This document shows, in pieces, positions 36,431 to 50,834 of a stretch of DNA of 64,000 bases. The notes under the pieces are model-generated. The model had not been told where the DNA came from and ran no database searches. It was given only the letters and a program-made list of their open reading frames with translations. The position numbers and the translations under genes were made by a program. The stretch is taken from positions 3,906,001 to 3,970,000 of the forward strand of contig NC_042999.1 in assembly GCF_006345805.1 (NCBI RefSeq), in the 5' to 3' direction. The DNA is from Octopus sinensis. Taxonomy: Eukaryota. How positions within the stretch are numbered: position 1 is the first letter of the stretch; each line of letters opens with the position of its first letter.

Positions 36431-39400
36431 AGATACAATAAAGAACAAAGAATATCAACTTTCCAGACCATTTAGCTTGTGTGTGTGTGCATGTGAGTGT
36501 ATATGCATGTGTTTGTGTGTTCTAACAAACCACTTACAAAATAGAAATTCCAACATTTCAGTTATTGTAGTCTAAACACAAAACGTTGACAGTTTCTCTG
36601 ATATCCCACCTACCTTAAAAATATGTATTATTCTTTCTTGAGAAAATACATATTTTGTGTCAGCATAATAGATAACTGATTAGTCAGTTCTTCTTTCTTT
36701 GAGAAAGAATGGTTGTGTTAATGTTTTTCTAATTTTATTTTACTTTTAAAAAATCTTTTTTCAACATTTCAGGTTAAGTTGACATTCTTGCAACAGCATC
36801 AATAGCCATTGAGAATATTGGAGAAAATTGTAATATCATTTATCTTTATTGCAGAAATATCTTTATCTTTTTTAACATATGTCATTAAATTTGGCTCAAA
36901 GTTTCCAATAAATGCAATGTTAGATTTTAGGAGCAGCAGGACATTAAATTCCCATTAGCCAGGATACTCTCTAACTATTTGTTATATATTCTTTATATAT
37001 TCCCTCAATCTTTTAATGTAGACAGCACAACTGATTGATGTATATGTATAACTTATTAATAATATGATCTTGAATTTAAGTCAACATATACAATATTTAT
37101 GCTCTCACATACACAAAATTTTATATATAATATACACAAAATCTCATATACAGTATTCAATTAAATTTTGCATGTCTATGTAGATTTAGACATGTACATG
37201 TCCATGTATACAATCACCACATGGTGAGGGGTGTATGCTTAGTTGTAATATTTCATGATAGTGTTTGCCTCTGAAATGCAAGCAAATATCTGAATGCCTT
37301 TTAAATTTTGCTGATAGGGTAAACCTATCATAAAATACAACCCATGTGTTCATACAAACTCACACAACATGCACACACACTCTCTCTCTTTTTCTCTATT
37401 TCTCATAGATTCTATTATTTTATCAGATATTTTTGCAACTCATTTACCTGCAATAAATTCAAGACAACCCTAATTGCATATTACTTGAGATGCTATTTTG
37501 TATGTAGGAACTCTCAAATAGTTGATTGAAAAGCTTTATCTCTAGCTATTCTTTGCAGTTGGAGGTGGGAGTAACAAACTGATACAGAAATGCTTAACAC
37601 ATTTTGCTAAAATATAACTCCTTCCTTTAAATAAACAATGCATATTTTAATTATATTTTCCCCACTAACATCTCAATTAATCTTATAAATAGAATAGCTT
37701 TTGCATGTGTGTGTGTGTATGTGTTCTTTTTTAACTAACAGCTTGTTGAAAATTTGGAGCTGAGACCTTTTCTCTGAAACTTAACAATGGGCAATATAAA
37801 ATATTCATTTTACATACAAAATGTGAGGTAGCCATAAATCTCCTCCACAACATTAAACCTGTTCCTTTTCTTCCCATCTATTTTCAATGCCAACCCTCTT
37901 GGGTTTCTTTGGATATTACTGTATAGTTAAAACTTTTATATAAATTCTACTTCATCTTAATCATTTATCCTAATTTTGTGCGGCACCTGTATAAAGCTAA
38001 GGACCTAGATTAGATATAAGAAGTTCTCAGGGTGGTGGACAGTAGAATTGGTAGTCCTTGAAAATAAATGCATTATAGTATTTAATTATATCTTTTAATA
38101 TTGTAGGTTCAAACCTTACCAGGATCTACTTTGTTCTGGAATTAATAAGATAAATGTAAGTCTTGTACTATGGACAATAAAACCAACTCTGTCCTGTTGC
38201 AAATTTTGTAGCTTTCTGCTAATGTTAGAAATTGATTTTACATACAACAAAATATTATTATATCAAATAATTTTGCTGTGTTTACAGATTTTCACAAAAA
38301 AAACAAAAACAAAAAAAATGTTTTGTCACTATACCTTGCAAATATTGATCCATAAACTCCTTTGATATTAATTTGCTCAAGACTGATCCTTGTTCTATGA
38401 TACAAACTTCCTGTTTTAAAGAAATTTAAATTAAAATTTTCCTTCAAGCTATGTTCCAAATACCAGCTTAATAACAACGGAGTTATTTTAACAAATCCTT
38501 CATTATTTTCTAAATTATTTGAAACAAAGTCGGTGTATTTCAACAGAAACATGATAAAACAGAATAGTTAATAATGTCACTTACACAAGAAATATATCAA
38601 ACTGTAAATCATTGTTAGAAATTTTGAAAGTGCATCTACTTATTGATGTAAAAATGCTGTTCACTAAAATTTTAATTCAGTGTTATCAATTGTTACACAA
38701 TTTTTTTAGTAATTTTGATATTTTCTGCCAAGAAAAAAAAATCACATTCTACTGGTAGTAAGAAACTCTCAAGAGAGCTGAACAGTAGAAGGTCTTCAGA
38801 GACCTTAAGTATGTATAATTTCTTTATGGTTTAATCATGAAATGCAAATGACATCTTTAAATTATTAATTTCCTATGCAATTTTATTTTCTTATACAAAT
38901 ACACAGTCTAATACATATTTATTTAATGATTCTTTCATAGCTATTTTGGCATGTAATGAGAAGGTTATACCTCTTTGATGATATCAGAATAAGACTGGAA
39001 AAGCTCTAAACTTGGACATATTTTCACAGAAGATTAGAAAGGAATGATCTCCTCCACTTCTATGATGGTGACACTCCACAACCATTACATGATATCAAAA
39101 CAAGGAGACGCACGCATGCACACACACACACACACACACAACATACATAAATAAAATAGATTTCTTTCAGTTTCCGTCTATAAAAATCCATATGAGAAGA
39201 CTTCAGTTGGCCTAGGGTTGTAATAGAAGACACTTGTCCAAAGCACGAAGCACTAGGACAGAATTTGAAATTACATGGCTGGGAAGCAAGTTTCTTAGCC
39301 ACACACCCTCACCTGACCCTATAATATTTTAAATAATAAATCTTAGGTCTGTGTTTCTGAAATAAAGATCTGAACACCATGGCAAGAAATACTGATTGAA

Positions 39401-40072
39401 TTCTCTGCTCACTCTTTTCCTTGTCTACATCCCCAATATCAAAACATACAACCAACATTTTATATAATAAATTAGCTTACTAATATATTCATTCTTTTCA
39501 TTATATCCTGCAACATTTTTTTATTGTGTTGTTTATCTGTAGTAGAAATGTTTAAACATATTGTAAAGATATTTTTCACTTCAGTAATCTGCTTTTGTAA
39601 TATCTTAGGCACTTGGAACACAAGATGTAATTTGTTTACAGTTTTATATTGATGCCATAATAACTAGATATATTTAAAGCTGTCTATATTGTCTAATTTT
39701 ATATTGATTGTATAAACTAAAAGCTAGAATTTAGATATTTAGCTTTCTATAGTTACTTGTAAGTCATACAAATAACATACCTTTTAGAAAAGCTATGTTG
39801 TTCTTATGATGTACACACACACACATACACGTGTATATGTGTGTGTGCATCCGTCTGTTTCTGTGAGTGCCCAGGTGTTGAAATCATAAGGATTTTGATT
39901 GGCAACTCATGATGGGATGTCTGTGTTTGGTATATTTATTTGTATATGTTCTTTAGTGAACTTTTTGTACCTTGTTTTGTCATGTTTTTAATGTCTTAAT
40001 GTGTGTTAATTCATTGGGATGTCATTTATTGTTATTTATAGTTTGTGTTAGCCATACTTAATACAGAGGTTT

Positions 40073-40110
<38 letters not shown>

Positions 40111-40699
40111 TTAATAAATTGTATAGTATAGACCTGGGAGTTTGCCGGTAAAGCACTTCACTGGCTCAGTGTTCATTTGGCATGTGATTAATGAGAGAGA
40201 CAGAAGATGCAAGATATGAGAATTTTTATTGATCACTACAATTGTTTCAACTCATTAAGTATTGGTTCCTCATGGGTGGGATACTATGCAGTGTAGATGT
40301 GTCTCCTCAGGTGACTTCAAGAGGCATCTCATTAAAATAAACTCTGTTTCGCAAAATTTCTTCTTGGTCTTCATATATAAATACGGCAAATTAAGGGATA
40401 CAGCTTTATTGTTATAGAAGATTCATAACAAAGATCAGATACAGAAAGAAACAAATACACACTACAGTGAAAAAAGTAATAGATATAACCATTAGTAGAT
40501 ATGGATGTACAAACTTACACACCTACATTGTCTGGCACACATACACTTGCTTGTACAAACGCACATGCGCATACAAGCACACACACACGTGTGGTCTAGC
40601 ACACAGGCTCACACACAGAATTAAGTTCTTATTAATAGAGTCAGTGACTATTCGTGGTTAGTGATACAAATGTGATATATACAAATGTAAATCACTGCA

Positions 40700-41090
40700 G
40701 GTATGGCTGTGTGGTTAAGAAGTTTGCTTTCCAACTCTGTGGTTTAGGTTCTGTCCCACTTTGCAGCACCTTAGAAAAGTGCTTTTTACTCTATTCGATA
40801 TGCTGGTCCAGCCACTGTATGTAAACTACACACACACACTTTTATGTGTGTGTGTGTGCATGCTTGTGTGCCTATGTCTTTGTTGTGATATCACCTGATG
40901 GGATGGTGCTAAATGATCATTGTTATAGAAGTGATGCTGATTATTTCCAGTCTTCTGTGTAGAACATGTCCAGTCATGGGTTTAGAAACCTGGTGAGAGT
41001 TGGTGACAGGAAGAGTGTCTGCCCACAGAATTTCTGCCTCAGTGAATTTTGTTTAAAGCACAGAAAATTGAGAATTCTAAGTGATGATAA
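40700..41090 (+). mobile_element. SINE-A head with RTE-type tail
   Basis: GGTATGGCTGTGTGGTTAAGAAG head; GGTGAGAGTTGGTGACAGGAAGAG segment; GATGAT end. Confidence 0.5.
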
Positions 41091-41639
41091 TGGCGTGTGT
41101 AGGTGGTGGGGATGTATGTTGTTTGTCCACTTGCTGCAAAGTGTTAGTTATAGATTACTAGACAAGACAAAAAGTTTTCCAACTCAATATAAGGACAAAT
41201 GAAGAACTTTGGTGTAATTCACAATTATTACTTTCAGTAGTCATGGATGTTTTTCTATCTCCTAATTTCTTTGAAGACTTATTATTACCTTATACTTCTT
41301 GGTTTATCAGTGTCTTCCAAGGTGTTCCTCTCTCTCTCTCTCTCTGTGGCTTCTGTGAAGAAATATAAATATAACACAACATATATGAATGAAAAAACAG
41401 GAATGTTATAGAATGTCTGTCAAAGGTTGTTATGTTGGAGATACTGCAGTCTTTGAGCTGAAAATTTCTTATCAAACTGCTTTAGATTTTTAAGAAACAA
41501 AAGATAACATGTCTTTGGGCAATATTTAGCAGAATAGATGGAAATTTGCCAGGCTATATTCTTCAAGTTTTAACTGTAAACTGGCTCATTTACAAAAATA
41601 GACACCTCTTTCTTTTCATTCACTTACATTTAAGGAATT

Positions 41640-41737
41640 TCTTTGTGCACACACATGCACATATGTATCTATGTTCATATGTACATACACACATACATAT
41701 ATATATATATACAAACACATACCTATATATATATACA

Positions 41738-41821
<84 letters not shown>

Positions 41822-42215
41822 TATTATACACATATATATTTATACACATATATATACACACACACATATATACATACATATTTATATATATATATATACA
41901 CACACATATATGTATATGTATGTATATATATGTATTTATATGTATATATATATATGTGTATATACATGTATATATGTGTATATATACATGTATATATGTG
42001 TATATATGTATATATATGTGTATCTATATGTATGTATGTGTATATATGTATGTGTGTATATATGTATATATGTGTGTATATATATGTATGTATATGCATA
42101 TATATATATATATATGTATGTATATGTCTATGTGTGTATATATATGCATGTGTGTATGTATATCTGTATATGTGTATATGTATATGTATATGTATATATG
42201 AATAGATGTGTGTAT
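41640..42215. repeat. ~570-bp compound (TA)n/(CA)n/(TATG)n microsatellite
   Basis: Directly visible; accounts for ORFs 41546-42236. Confidence 0.95.
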
Positions 42216-42351
42216 TTTGCCTTTGTTAACAATTAATATGGAAAAAAAGATAAATAGTTACTAGGGAAGCAAAATATCACAGAAGTAAAAAGGTTGTAAC
42301 TCCTTATTTTTAAAGGTAGAAACTCTGGGTTTACATGAAATATTTTGTATA

Positions 42352-42750
42352 ATCATCATCATCATTTAGCGTCCGTTTTCCATGCTAGCATGGGTTGGAC
42401 GGTTCTACTGGGGTCTGTGAAGCCAGAAGGCTTCATCAGGCCCAGTCAAATCTGGCAGTGTTTCTACGGCTGGATGCCCTTCCTAACGCCAACCACTCCG
42501 TGAGTGTAGTGGGTGCTTTTTACGTGCCACCCGCACTGGTGCCAGACAGAGCTGGCAAACGGCCATGAACGGATGGTGCTTTTTATGTGCCACCGGCACG
42601 AGGGCTAGGCGAGGCTGGCAACGGACACGAAACGGGGCAGTGCTGGCAACGGTCGCGAAACGGAAAGTTCTCTTACATGCCACCGGCACTGGTGACACAT
42701 CTGCAATTTCCATTGATCGATTTCCATTGATCGATTTCGATTCTGATCCT
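42352..42750 (-). mobile_element. Young RTE 3' UTR with internal tandem units
   Basis: (ATC)n-TTTAGCGTCCGTTTTCCATGCTAGCATGGGTTGGACGG..GGATGCCCTTCCTAACGCCAACC, then 3 GTGCCACC.GCAC units. Confidence 0.8.
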
Positions 42751-42799
42751 CACTAAATAAATGGAGTTAAATGCAGGTGTTATTCAAATTCTTTTACTT

Positions 42800-43350
42800 C
42801 CGATACGTTTCGAAGATATTACTGGTATCAACCTCATCCGCATTGTTGAATCTCTGTCCCCACAGGAAATGAGCCATCGCTCAGAAAGGTTAGTAATCTG
42901 ATGGTCCAAAGTCTGGACTATAAGCAGGGTGAGGCAGCACTTCTAGCCCTTCAAGTTTGCCATTGGTCACATTGAGAGTGTGTGTTGGAGCATTGTTATG
43001 TCATAGGGGTGCACATCTTCAATCGACCAACACTAGGTAGTGGGCTTTAAAAGCATCATATACTCACTGCAGTTGTTGAGTTAGCATTCACAGTATGACC
43101 ATTTGGGACAGGCTCAAAGTGCAACATCCCTTGAAATTCCATCAACCACACAACATAATCTTCTGTTCAAACTGCCCTTGTTTAACAACAGGTTCTGAAG
43201 CCTGGCTGGAATGAAGCCACTATCCATTTTTCATCCCCATTTACAATTTGCCACCCAAAATGGGATCTTGAGGATTTGCCAGCATTTGTTTACAAATGTT
43301 GACATATTATTGATCATGGTCATCGATCAGTTCATGAGAAGCTTCATGAC
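42800..43350 (-). pseudogene. Mariner (DD34D) transposase relic
   Basis: Minus strand: HELIDD...QIVNGDEKW...KIMLC..WNFKGMLHFE..PNGHTVNA...HNNAPTHT...LEVLPHPAYSPDFGPSDY*PF*AMAHFL.GQRFNNADEV; contains stops and frameshifts. Confidence 0.85.
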
Positions 43351-43744
43351 AGTAGCTGTTCACAAAGCCAATGCTTGACAACAGGTGTTGGTGGGTTTAT
43401 GTCCCTGTAACTTAGATGTTAAGTTCCTGAGATCAACAAATTGGATTAAAATTCTAGGTAGTGCCCCAGCATGGCTAGAGTCTAATCACTAAAACAAGTA
43501 AAAGATAAAAGAAAGAAGATAATGTATGTTTTGCTTTTGTTAGTCAAATTAAATAATGTTAAAATAAAACATGAAAATGAAGCCATCTTCCTATTTATTA
43601 TTACCATATTGACTGACTGCTATTTCTTGCACATTTTGTTGTCCTTTCCCACAATTTCATTAAAATATTAAAAGTGATTAAGTTTTCATGTCTTATGTGG
43701 TTGTTGTTATCTAGACCTATGTCATTCCTCATCTATTAACCATC

Positions 43745-44045
43745 ACTCCATTAGTTATGACAACGAAGGTTCCAATCAACAGAACGGTCTACCCATGAAA
43801 TTAATGTGCAAGTGCCTGAGCACTTTACAGACACATGTACCTTTATTGTAGTTCTTGGGGAGATTCAGCATGAAACAGAATGTGTCATGGCTGGCCTTTG
43901 AAATACAGTTACAGCCTAATTTTGTCAGCTGAAGGGACTGGATCAACATGAAATAAAGTGTCTCCCTCAAAGACACAATGCACCACCTGGAATCAAACTC
44001 ACAACTTTACAACCATGCACTGAATACCCAAACCTCTAAGCTATG
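43745..44045 (-). mobile_element. SINE-B related copy
   Basis: GAAATTAATGTGCAAGTGCCTGAGCACT..GCTGGCCTTTGAAATACAG. Confidence 0.55.
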
Positions 44046-44420
44046 CCTCATCATCATCGCTGATCTAGCAAACCTACAACCACAGACATTATAGTGGAAT
44101 TGGTTAAAACAAAAGACTGTATTTAGTTTTTGTGATTATCTATTTTCCAGTTCAAATCCTTTTGTTTAAAATAGATTCATTTGGCTGTATCCTCTTACTT
44201 CATAAAGGAAACTGAGAAGCAAGATAAATCATTCTATTTTTGTTTTTTTTTTTCTTTCTAGTTATTTCAACTTCTTGCTTAGATATTTAGGTGAGGTTTT
44301 TTTCCCTTCAAAATTTTAATATCTCTGCATTGAACATTTGCTATATTTTCAACTGTTCAAACAACTGTGAAGTAATATAGTACAATTCATATATATATAA
44401 TAAAAGGCGGTTTTTGTCTA

Positions 44421-44424
<4 letters not shown>

Positions 44425-44456
<32 letters not shown>

Positions 44457-44648
44457 ACACATGTATGTATGTACGTGTGTGTGTATGTATGCGTATGCAA
44501 GCATATATATATATGTGTATGTATATATATGTGTGTGCATATATACATATAAGTATGTATATTTATATATATATAATGTATGTATATGTTAATCTGTATA
44601 TGTGTATCTCTATGTAGTACATATATATGTGTGTTTATGTGTATATAG

Positions 44649-44685
<37 letters not shown>

Positions 44686-44705
44686 CAGAGAGAGAGAGGG
44701 AGAGC
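44425..44705. repeat. Compound (TA)n/(TG)n microsatellite
   Basis: Directly visible. Confidence 0.9.
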
Positions 44706-45287
44706 TTTCTTTTGATGGTGTTATTCATATTTGTATTTATTGAATCTTCACAAGACAAAACTTTTAATTAAATGATTTTGTTAGAAGTAATTTGTTAATG
44801 TCACGAAACACCTCATTTCAACATGAAGGATAGTTCAGTTAAAAAAGTTTCAAATGAATTGAAGATGATAAAAAAAATGTTTTAGAATTCAATTTTCAAA
44901 GGGAGATGTTACAGAAGAAAAATATGAGGAAATACTTCAATTATCAAACACATGAAAATATGGTAAAATACTGTTTTGGTTGAAATCTACATAAAAATTG
45001 AGCTAAGATTCATCAAACTCTTCACCTAAAAACCTTGGAAAATTTACATTAATTTTTCAGGAAACTGCTTTGAAGTTAGTTAATCATCATCTTCGCTCTC
45101 ACTCTTTCTCATGCTTGCATGGATAAAATTGAAGTGGTTGAGGCAGATTTTCTATGGCCAGATGTCCTTCCTAGTGCCAACCAGCATGTTTCCAAGCAAG
45201 TAATATTTCCCCATGGCCTGACAAGTTCTCATGGAAGATCAGACATTGAATGACATAAGTATTGTTATTCTTAACATTGAGCATTTA

Positions 45288-45508
45288 CCCTTTAGTGTTC
45301 ACATTATTCTGCCAAAATTAATCCATTTTTATCCACTTTGTTTTGAACTAATCATGCATTATCTTGTAGCTATGAGATTTTGATGAGGTAGCTGTTAATT
45401 TTTAAAACGATATTGTAGGGTTAGTGTAAGAGATAAGATCTTGCCAGTTTGAACATAAAACAGGCAGAATACTTTTGGCCGGATATGGCCAGTATAAATG
45501 CTAAAGGG
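45288..45508. mobile_element. piggyBac-like TTAA MITE nested in a SINE-A/RTE-tail copy (45085-45690, -)
   Basis: TTTA|CCCTTTAG ... CTAAAGGG|TTAA; homologous to 10320-10540. Confidence 0.65.
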
Positions 45509-46376
45509 TTAAAAGACATGAAGATACACGCACACACATGCACAAAGAGATTCTTTCAGTTTCTGTCTGTCAGATCCACTCATAGAGTTTTGGTCAGCCC
45601 AAAACTATAGTAGAAGATACTTGCTCAAGATATCATGCTGTGGGACTGAATACCAAACCATGTAGTTGAGAAACCAACATTTTAACCACAGACCCATGTC
45701 TGTGTTTATAATCCATGCTTGCTTCTCATTATCAAAATGGATAGGGTTTCTTTTATTTTCACCTCTCATTAAAAAAAAGCAGTAGCCTAGAAGAATATCA
45801 CATCCCCAGATATTACTGCTCACTTAAACAAATACTAGTACTCTCAAAAAATTTCACAAGAAAAAGTATACTTATATTTGTATATTTATTTTATAGCTTA
45901 TAAGGGTACATCAAAAAGTACGATGTTGGATACTTCACTGTTATCACAACAATTTTATACTTCACTCTTCTCTGTTCAAATATTCATAACCTTCATTTAA
46001 CAACTATAAATAATGGGGTTGAGCCAGTAAATTGTACATTTTCTATAGAACACTTGGCTCTGTACGGTAATAAATGTAAATTTGTATTAATGATGTTCTT
46101 TAGCTCCCAAAGTAGCTCTGACTGCAGACTGAGTTCAAGATGAAAGGCATTCCAGCTATCATCAACTTTTATATATATATAAAATATGTGTGTGTGTGTG
46201 TGTGCACATTAGTGCTGGTGCCACATAAAGACTCCCAGTATACTGTAAAGTGGTTGGCATTAGAAAGGTCATCTAGCCATAGAAACCACGGGAAAATGGC
46301 ACAACTCCCAGCCTTACCTGTTCCTGTCAAGCCATCCAACCCATGCCAACATGGAAAACATGTTAAATGATGATGA

Positions 46377-46414
<38 letters not shown>

Positions 46415-47465
46415 ATAGGTGTATTTAGCACTACACTGTCAAATGTGTAATTCCTTTTTCTAAATGATGGGGTGTGAAAGGAGTAAGAATTGGCTATTCC
46501 TGACAGGTTAAGTGGCCATGTAGAATGACTCTCTTTGGTTCATCATGAATATTATTAATATAACTAAAACATCTTTTAAGTTAGGGGTGAGAGACATATT
46601 CCATAAAATATTGAATCAACAGTTATTGTCATCTCTTTTTTAACTCTTCTTTCTTGTCTCCCACTGTCCCTCTCTCTTTTACTCTCTTTTCCCACGACTG
46701 TTTTCATACGTCCCTTTCTCATTGTCGTTTTATATCTGTTTCCACCTCTCTCTCTTTTCATACCCTTTCGTTCTCCCACTCTCTCTTTGAACTGCCAGGT
46801 TTGAACTATGTTGGTACCTCACTGTTCCAAGAAAATCTCCATGCTGCCAATTGTTGATTATTGCCTTTCATCCTTGGATGATCCCTAGTAATAGTCTGGA
46901 CTAAAAATTTACTCAGCTACACGATTCCTTACAAAAAATTGGCAAATCTCTTCAGTAAAGAAATCAATGATAGGTTCATTATTTAGGGAAAATTGCATTT
47001 AAAGAGACGTGAAATATCAGGAAGAAGTAAAGTAGTGTGTCTTTAGACTGAATGTAAAGTTTTGGATATTTACAATATCCTGTATGTATATAATTATGTG
47101 TGTGTGTGTGTGCATATATGTGTGTGTGTATACATGAATATATACGTATATATATATGTATACATATAAACACAAAAATATGTTTATGTATATACTTATA
47201 TCTATATAGAAAAATTAGACAGATACATACATATATATACATAGATAGATATAGATATGCATATATATACAGACACACACACACATGCATATACATATAC
47301 ATATTTCACTTTCACGTTTTCAGTCAATCATATCTCAAAATCTTCTCAAAGCGTATGCCATGCTAAGATGTTGATAATCTCCACTCTGTGACACTCACAA
47401 AATGGTAAGCTTGGAGTAAAGAATTGGAGATTTGATAGTGATGCAATATCTCTCTCTCTCTTTCT

Positions 47466-47513
<48 letters not shown>

Positions 47514-49511
47514 CTTTCTGGGAAGAATTTGCTGTTGTTTTGTCAAAGCTACAACATAGAAAGTTAGATAAATACATAGATAAATAGATGGAGAGATAGC
47601 TAGTAAGAGTCATAGAAGAAAGAGTAGACACACGTGTTGGTGTGTAAAAGTTATAGTATTTGTCTTCAAAATTTTACTGCTGCAAGATATAACGGTTGTG
47701 TTTCTGTTAAATACAACAAACATTAAATTTAGTTGCAGTTTTCTGCAGTCATCGCAATATACAACACAAAAAATTTAAAACAGCCTTGAGCAAGTTTTCT
47801 GATTTTTATTTTACTTTTTAGGCAAGGTGGTAGTAATGGTGGGGTATACTGTAGATTTCTTAAGATTTTAAATCAACAGTTATTATTATCTCTTTTTTAA
47901 AGTTTTTTCTTCTCTCCCATTGCTCCCTTTCTCACCCCTTTCTCTCTTTTCATGTGTGTGTGTGTGTACATGCGTGCATGTGTAAGGTACATACATATAT
48001 GTGTATATACATATACCATATCTATATATATATATATATATAATATACTTACACACCTCTTTAATTCTCTCCTGTCTGTTTCTTAGTTTTCTTTGTTTTT
48101 CATTCTCTTTATAATTCTTTTTCATTATATTTCTTTCTCTAAGCATATTTTGCTCTTTACATATCTCTCCATCTTCTTTTAATTCCTAATCTTTCCTTAA
48201 TACCAGATAAAAAAAAACCTGACAAGAAATCTAGTCACACTTTATAATCTACAAGATTATAAAGCAGTTCATTTGCTTTTCCAAATATGCCTCACTCCAG
48301 CTGAGCAACATTCTTTTCCTACAGTATTCCAACATGTCCTTTACTCTCAGCAGCTTTTTCACTTGGATTTTATTTCCACTAGATTCAAGGTAATTGGTTA
48401 CTTCACACCACTTGTTTTGTGTGATGTTGCATGTAGATTTTCCTGTACTGTTGTCGTGGTACTGGACAGTTGCCTAAAGTTACTCAGGTGAAATTTATAG
48501 AAAGAACAGACAGAATGATGTATGGAAGATATGCATAACAAAATAAGGAGTTGCAATCTCTTGAAGAATCACCATATTAGAACTTGTCACATGAATGGTA
48601 TAGATGTTTGAACAGCTGAGAAAATACTGAAGAAGAATCACTTTCTGCCAAAAAGACTGTAGGAAAGGAATGTTTTATAGAAAGCCCTTTGGTAAAAGAC
48701 CAGCTGGTATAAACATATTCTTGAGTATGAGCTTTAGTTCATAATCACCATCATAACCACCACCACTACAGCCACTACAACTATCATCATCACTATTATC
48801 TTCATCATCATAGTTTTAATGTTCAATTTTCCTTGCTAGCATGGATCAGATAAGACTACATTGAAGTAGAATTTTCTACAGCTGGATATCTTTTCTGATA
48901 CCATCCCTCATCTTTCTCAAGCAAGGTAATAATCCTTCAGTCTATTAAACAATGAACAGCCTGGACATGTTTTCACAGAGGACTGCATACAAACAATACA
49001 GTGAGTATGAACAGTGAGGTTTGGTTAACAATCAGCAAGCACTTGTCACAACATGTCAAGAAGCCTGAACATAATTTTCACAGTGGACTACAAGCAATTG
49101 ACACCATTTATATAAATAGTGAAGCTTCTTTTTACAATCAGTGCGCACATGTCAAGATGAGGGACAATATACACTCAATCATGCATGCATGAATACAAGC
49201 ATACATACAAACATACATATGCATATACATACAGAGAGAGAGAGAGAGAGGCATGCATACATATACACACAGACCTCTAAACCACACACCCATATATGAC
49301 CCTATTCTTCATGAAGCAAAGAAGAGTTAGTAAATCAGTTAAACTTAGTAATGTTAATATTACAAAAGTGCTTATCACTTTATTTCCAGAAAAGACAAAT
49401 TAGAGACTGTTGGTTGAGAAAATAAATCATGTTGCTATTAAAAGCTTGGATGTAAGATTGTGTTGATATGATGTGATGAAGTTGGGCAAACATATGCATT
49501 TATATGTATAA

Positions 49512-49566
<55 letters not shown>

Positions 49567-49606
49567 CACACACACACACAACACATGTATACATATATAC
49601 ACATGA

Positions 49607-49991
49607 GTGGAGGCGCAATGGCCCAGTGGTTAGGGCAGTGGACTCGCGGTCATAGGATCGTGGTTTCGATTCCCAGACCGGGCGTTGTGAGTGTTTATTG
49701 AGCAAAAACACCTAAAAGCTCCACGAGGCTCCGGAAGGGGATGGTGGTGATCCCTGTTGTACTCTTTCACCACAACTTTCTCTCACTCTTACTTCCTGTT
49801 TCTGTTGTACCTGAATTTCAAAGGGTCGGCCTTGTCACTCTCTGTGTCACGCTGAATATCCCCGAGAACTACGTTAAGGGTGCACGTATCTGTGGAGTGC
49901 TCAGCCACTTACACGTTAATTTCATGAGCAGGCTGTTCCGTTGATTCGGATCAACCGGAACCCTCGTCGTCGTAACCGACGGAGTGCTTCC
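49607..49991 (+). mobile_element. SINE-B, young full-length copy
   Basis: Near-identical reverse complement of 20346-20735. Confidence 0.9.
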
Positions 49992-50023
49992 AAAAAAAAA
50001 ATATATATATATATACACACATA

Positions 50024-50062
<39 letters not shown>

Positions 50063-50834
50063 AACAAAGCAAAATGAATGCTACATGTCCATGTTTTCAT
50101 TATTCTTTTTAGTATTTTCTGTGGTGTTTTACAAGAAATAAAATATACGAATAAGTGCAAATCAAAAGTTTCATGAAGACTAGAAAGAAGTGCTGCATGA
50201 TAATGAAACGACAATGCTTTCAATTTACTGCATGGAATTATGAATAAAAGTATTTTTCCTCAATTAAGGATGAAAGGAAATGAAAACAAAAAAGAAAAAG
50301 AAAATGTAGATCCTTTTTTTTTTATCTAATTTTTATTATTTTGTGTTTTACATTTTTACTCCAGGTCATAATGTTTTGTCTGTCCCTCCATTGTAGAATG
50401 TAGAAAGAAAAAAAACAATACAAAGAAGAGTCATCTGTTTTATTTCTATTTCTTTCACTGCTAGTATAATATATTGGTTAATTCTCTGAGTTGTGGCACG
50501 ATATATTCAAAGATGTATTTACTTAGATTGTGCTTAGTAAGCTCTGTGTTATATCTATTTGCTGTAAATATAATGAAGAAATATAATATCAGCCATGATA
50601 ATGTAATGTTCATTATGATATTTCATTGTGTGATAATGTACTTTTACTAAAGATAATGTGTTCATCTTTTATGTGGTATTATAATAACAATGAGCTTTTG
50701 ATGATGAATTAGACTGGATATCTTATTAATGAAAGCATGTGGTTTCGTGGTGAAGGTATTCAACTCCTGATTTTAAAGTGTGGGTTCAATTTTTGGTCGA
50801 GCCATGCATTGTTAGTTAGTCAGTTAATTTTTTG

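Noticed and set aside
42795-42845. Minus-strand GATGAG...TTCGAAACGTA resembling a hammerhead
   Set aside because: The 5' half is mariner coding sequence (NADEVD) and the core reads CGGATGA. At best a truncated fragment.
49607-49680. tRNA-like sequence with A/B boxes (and similar heads at 5685, 20660, 59875, 61431)
   Set aside because: No complete cloverleaf or acceptor stem and no poly-T terminator; continues into a SINE body.
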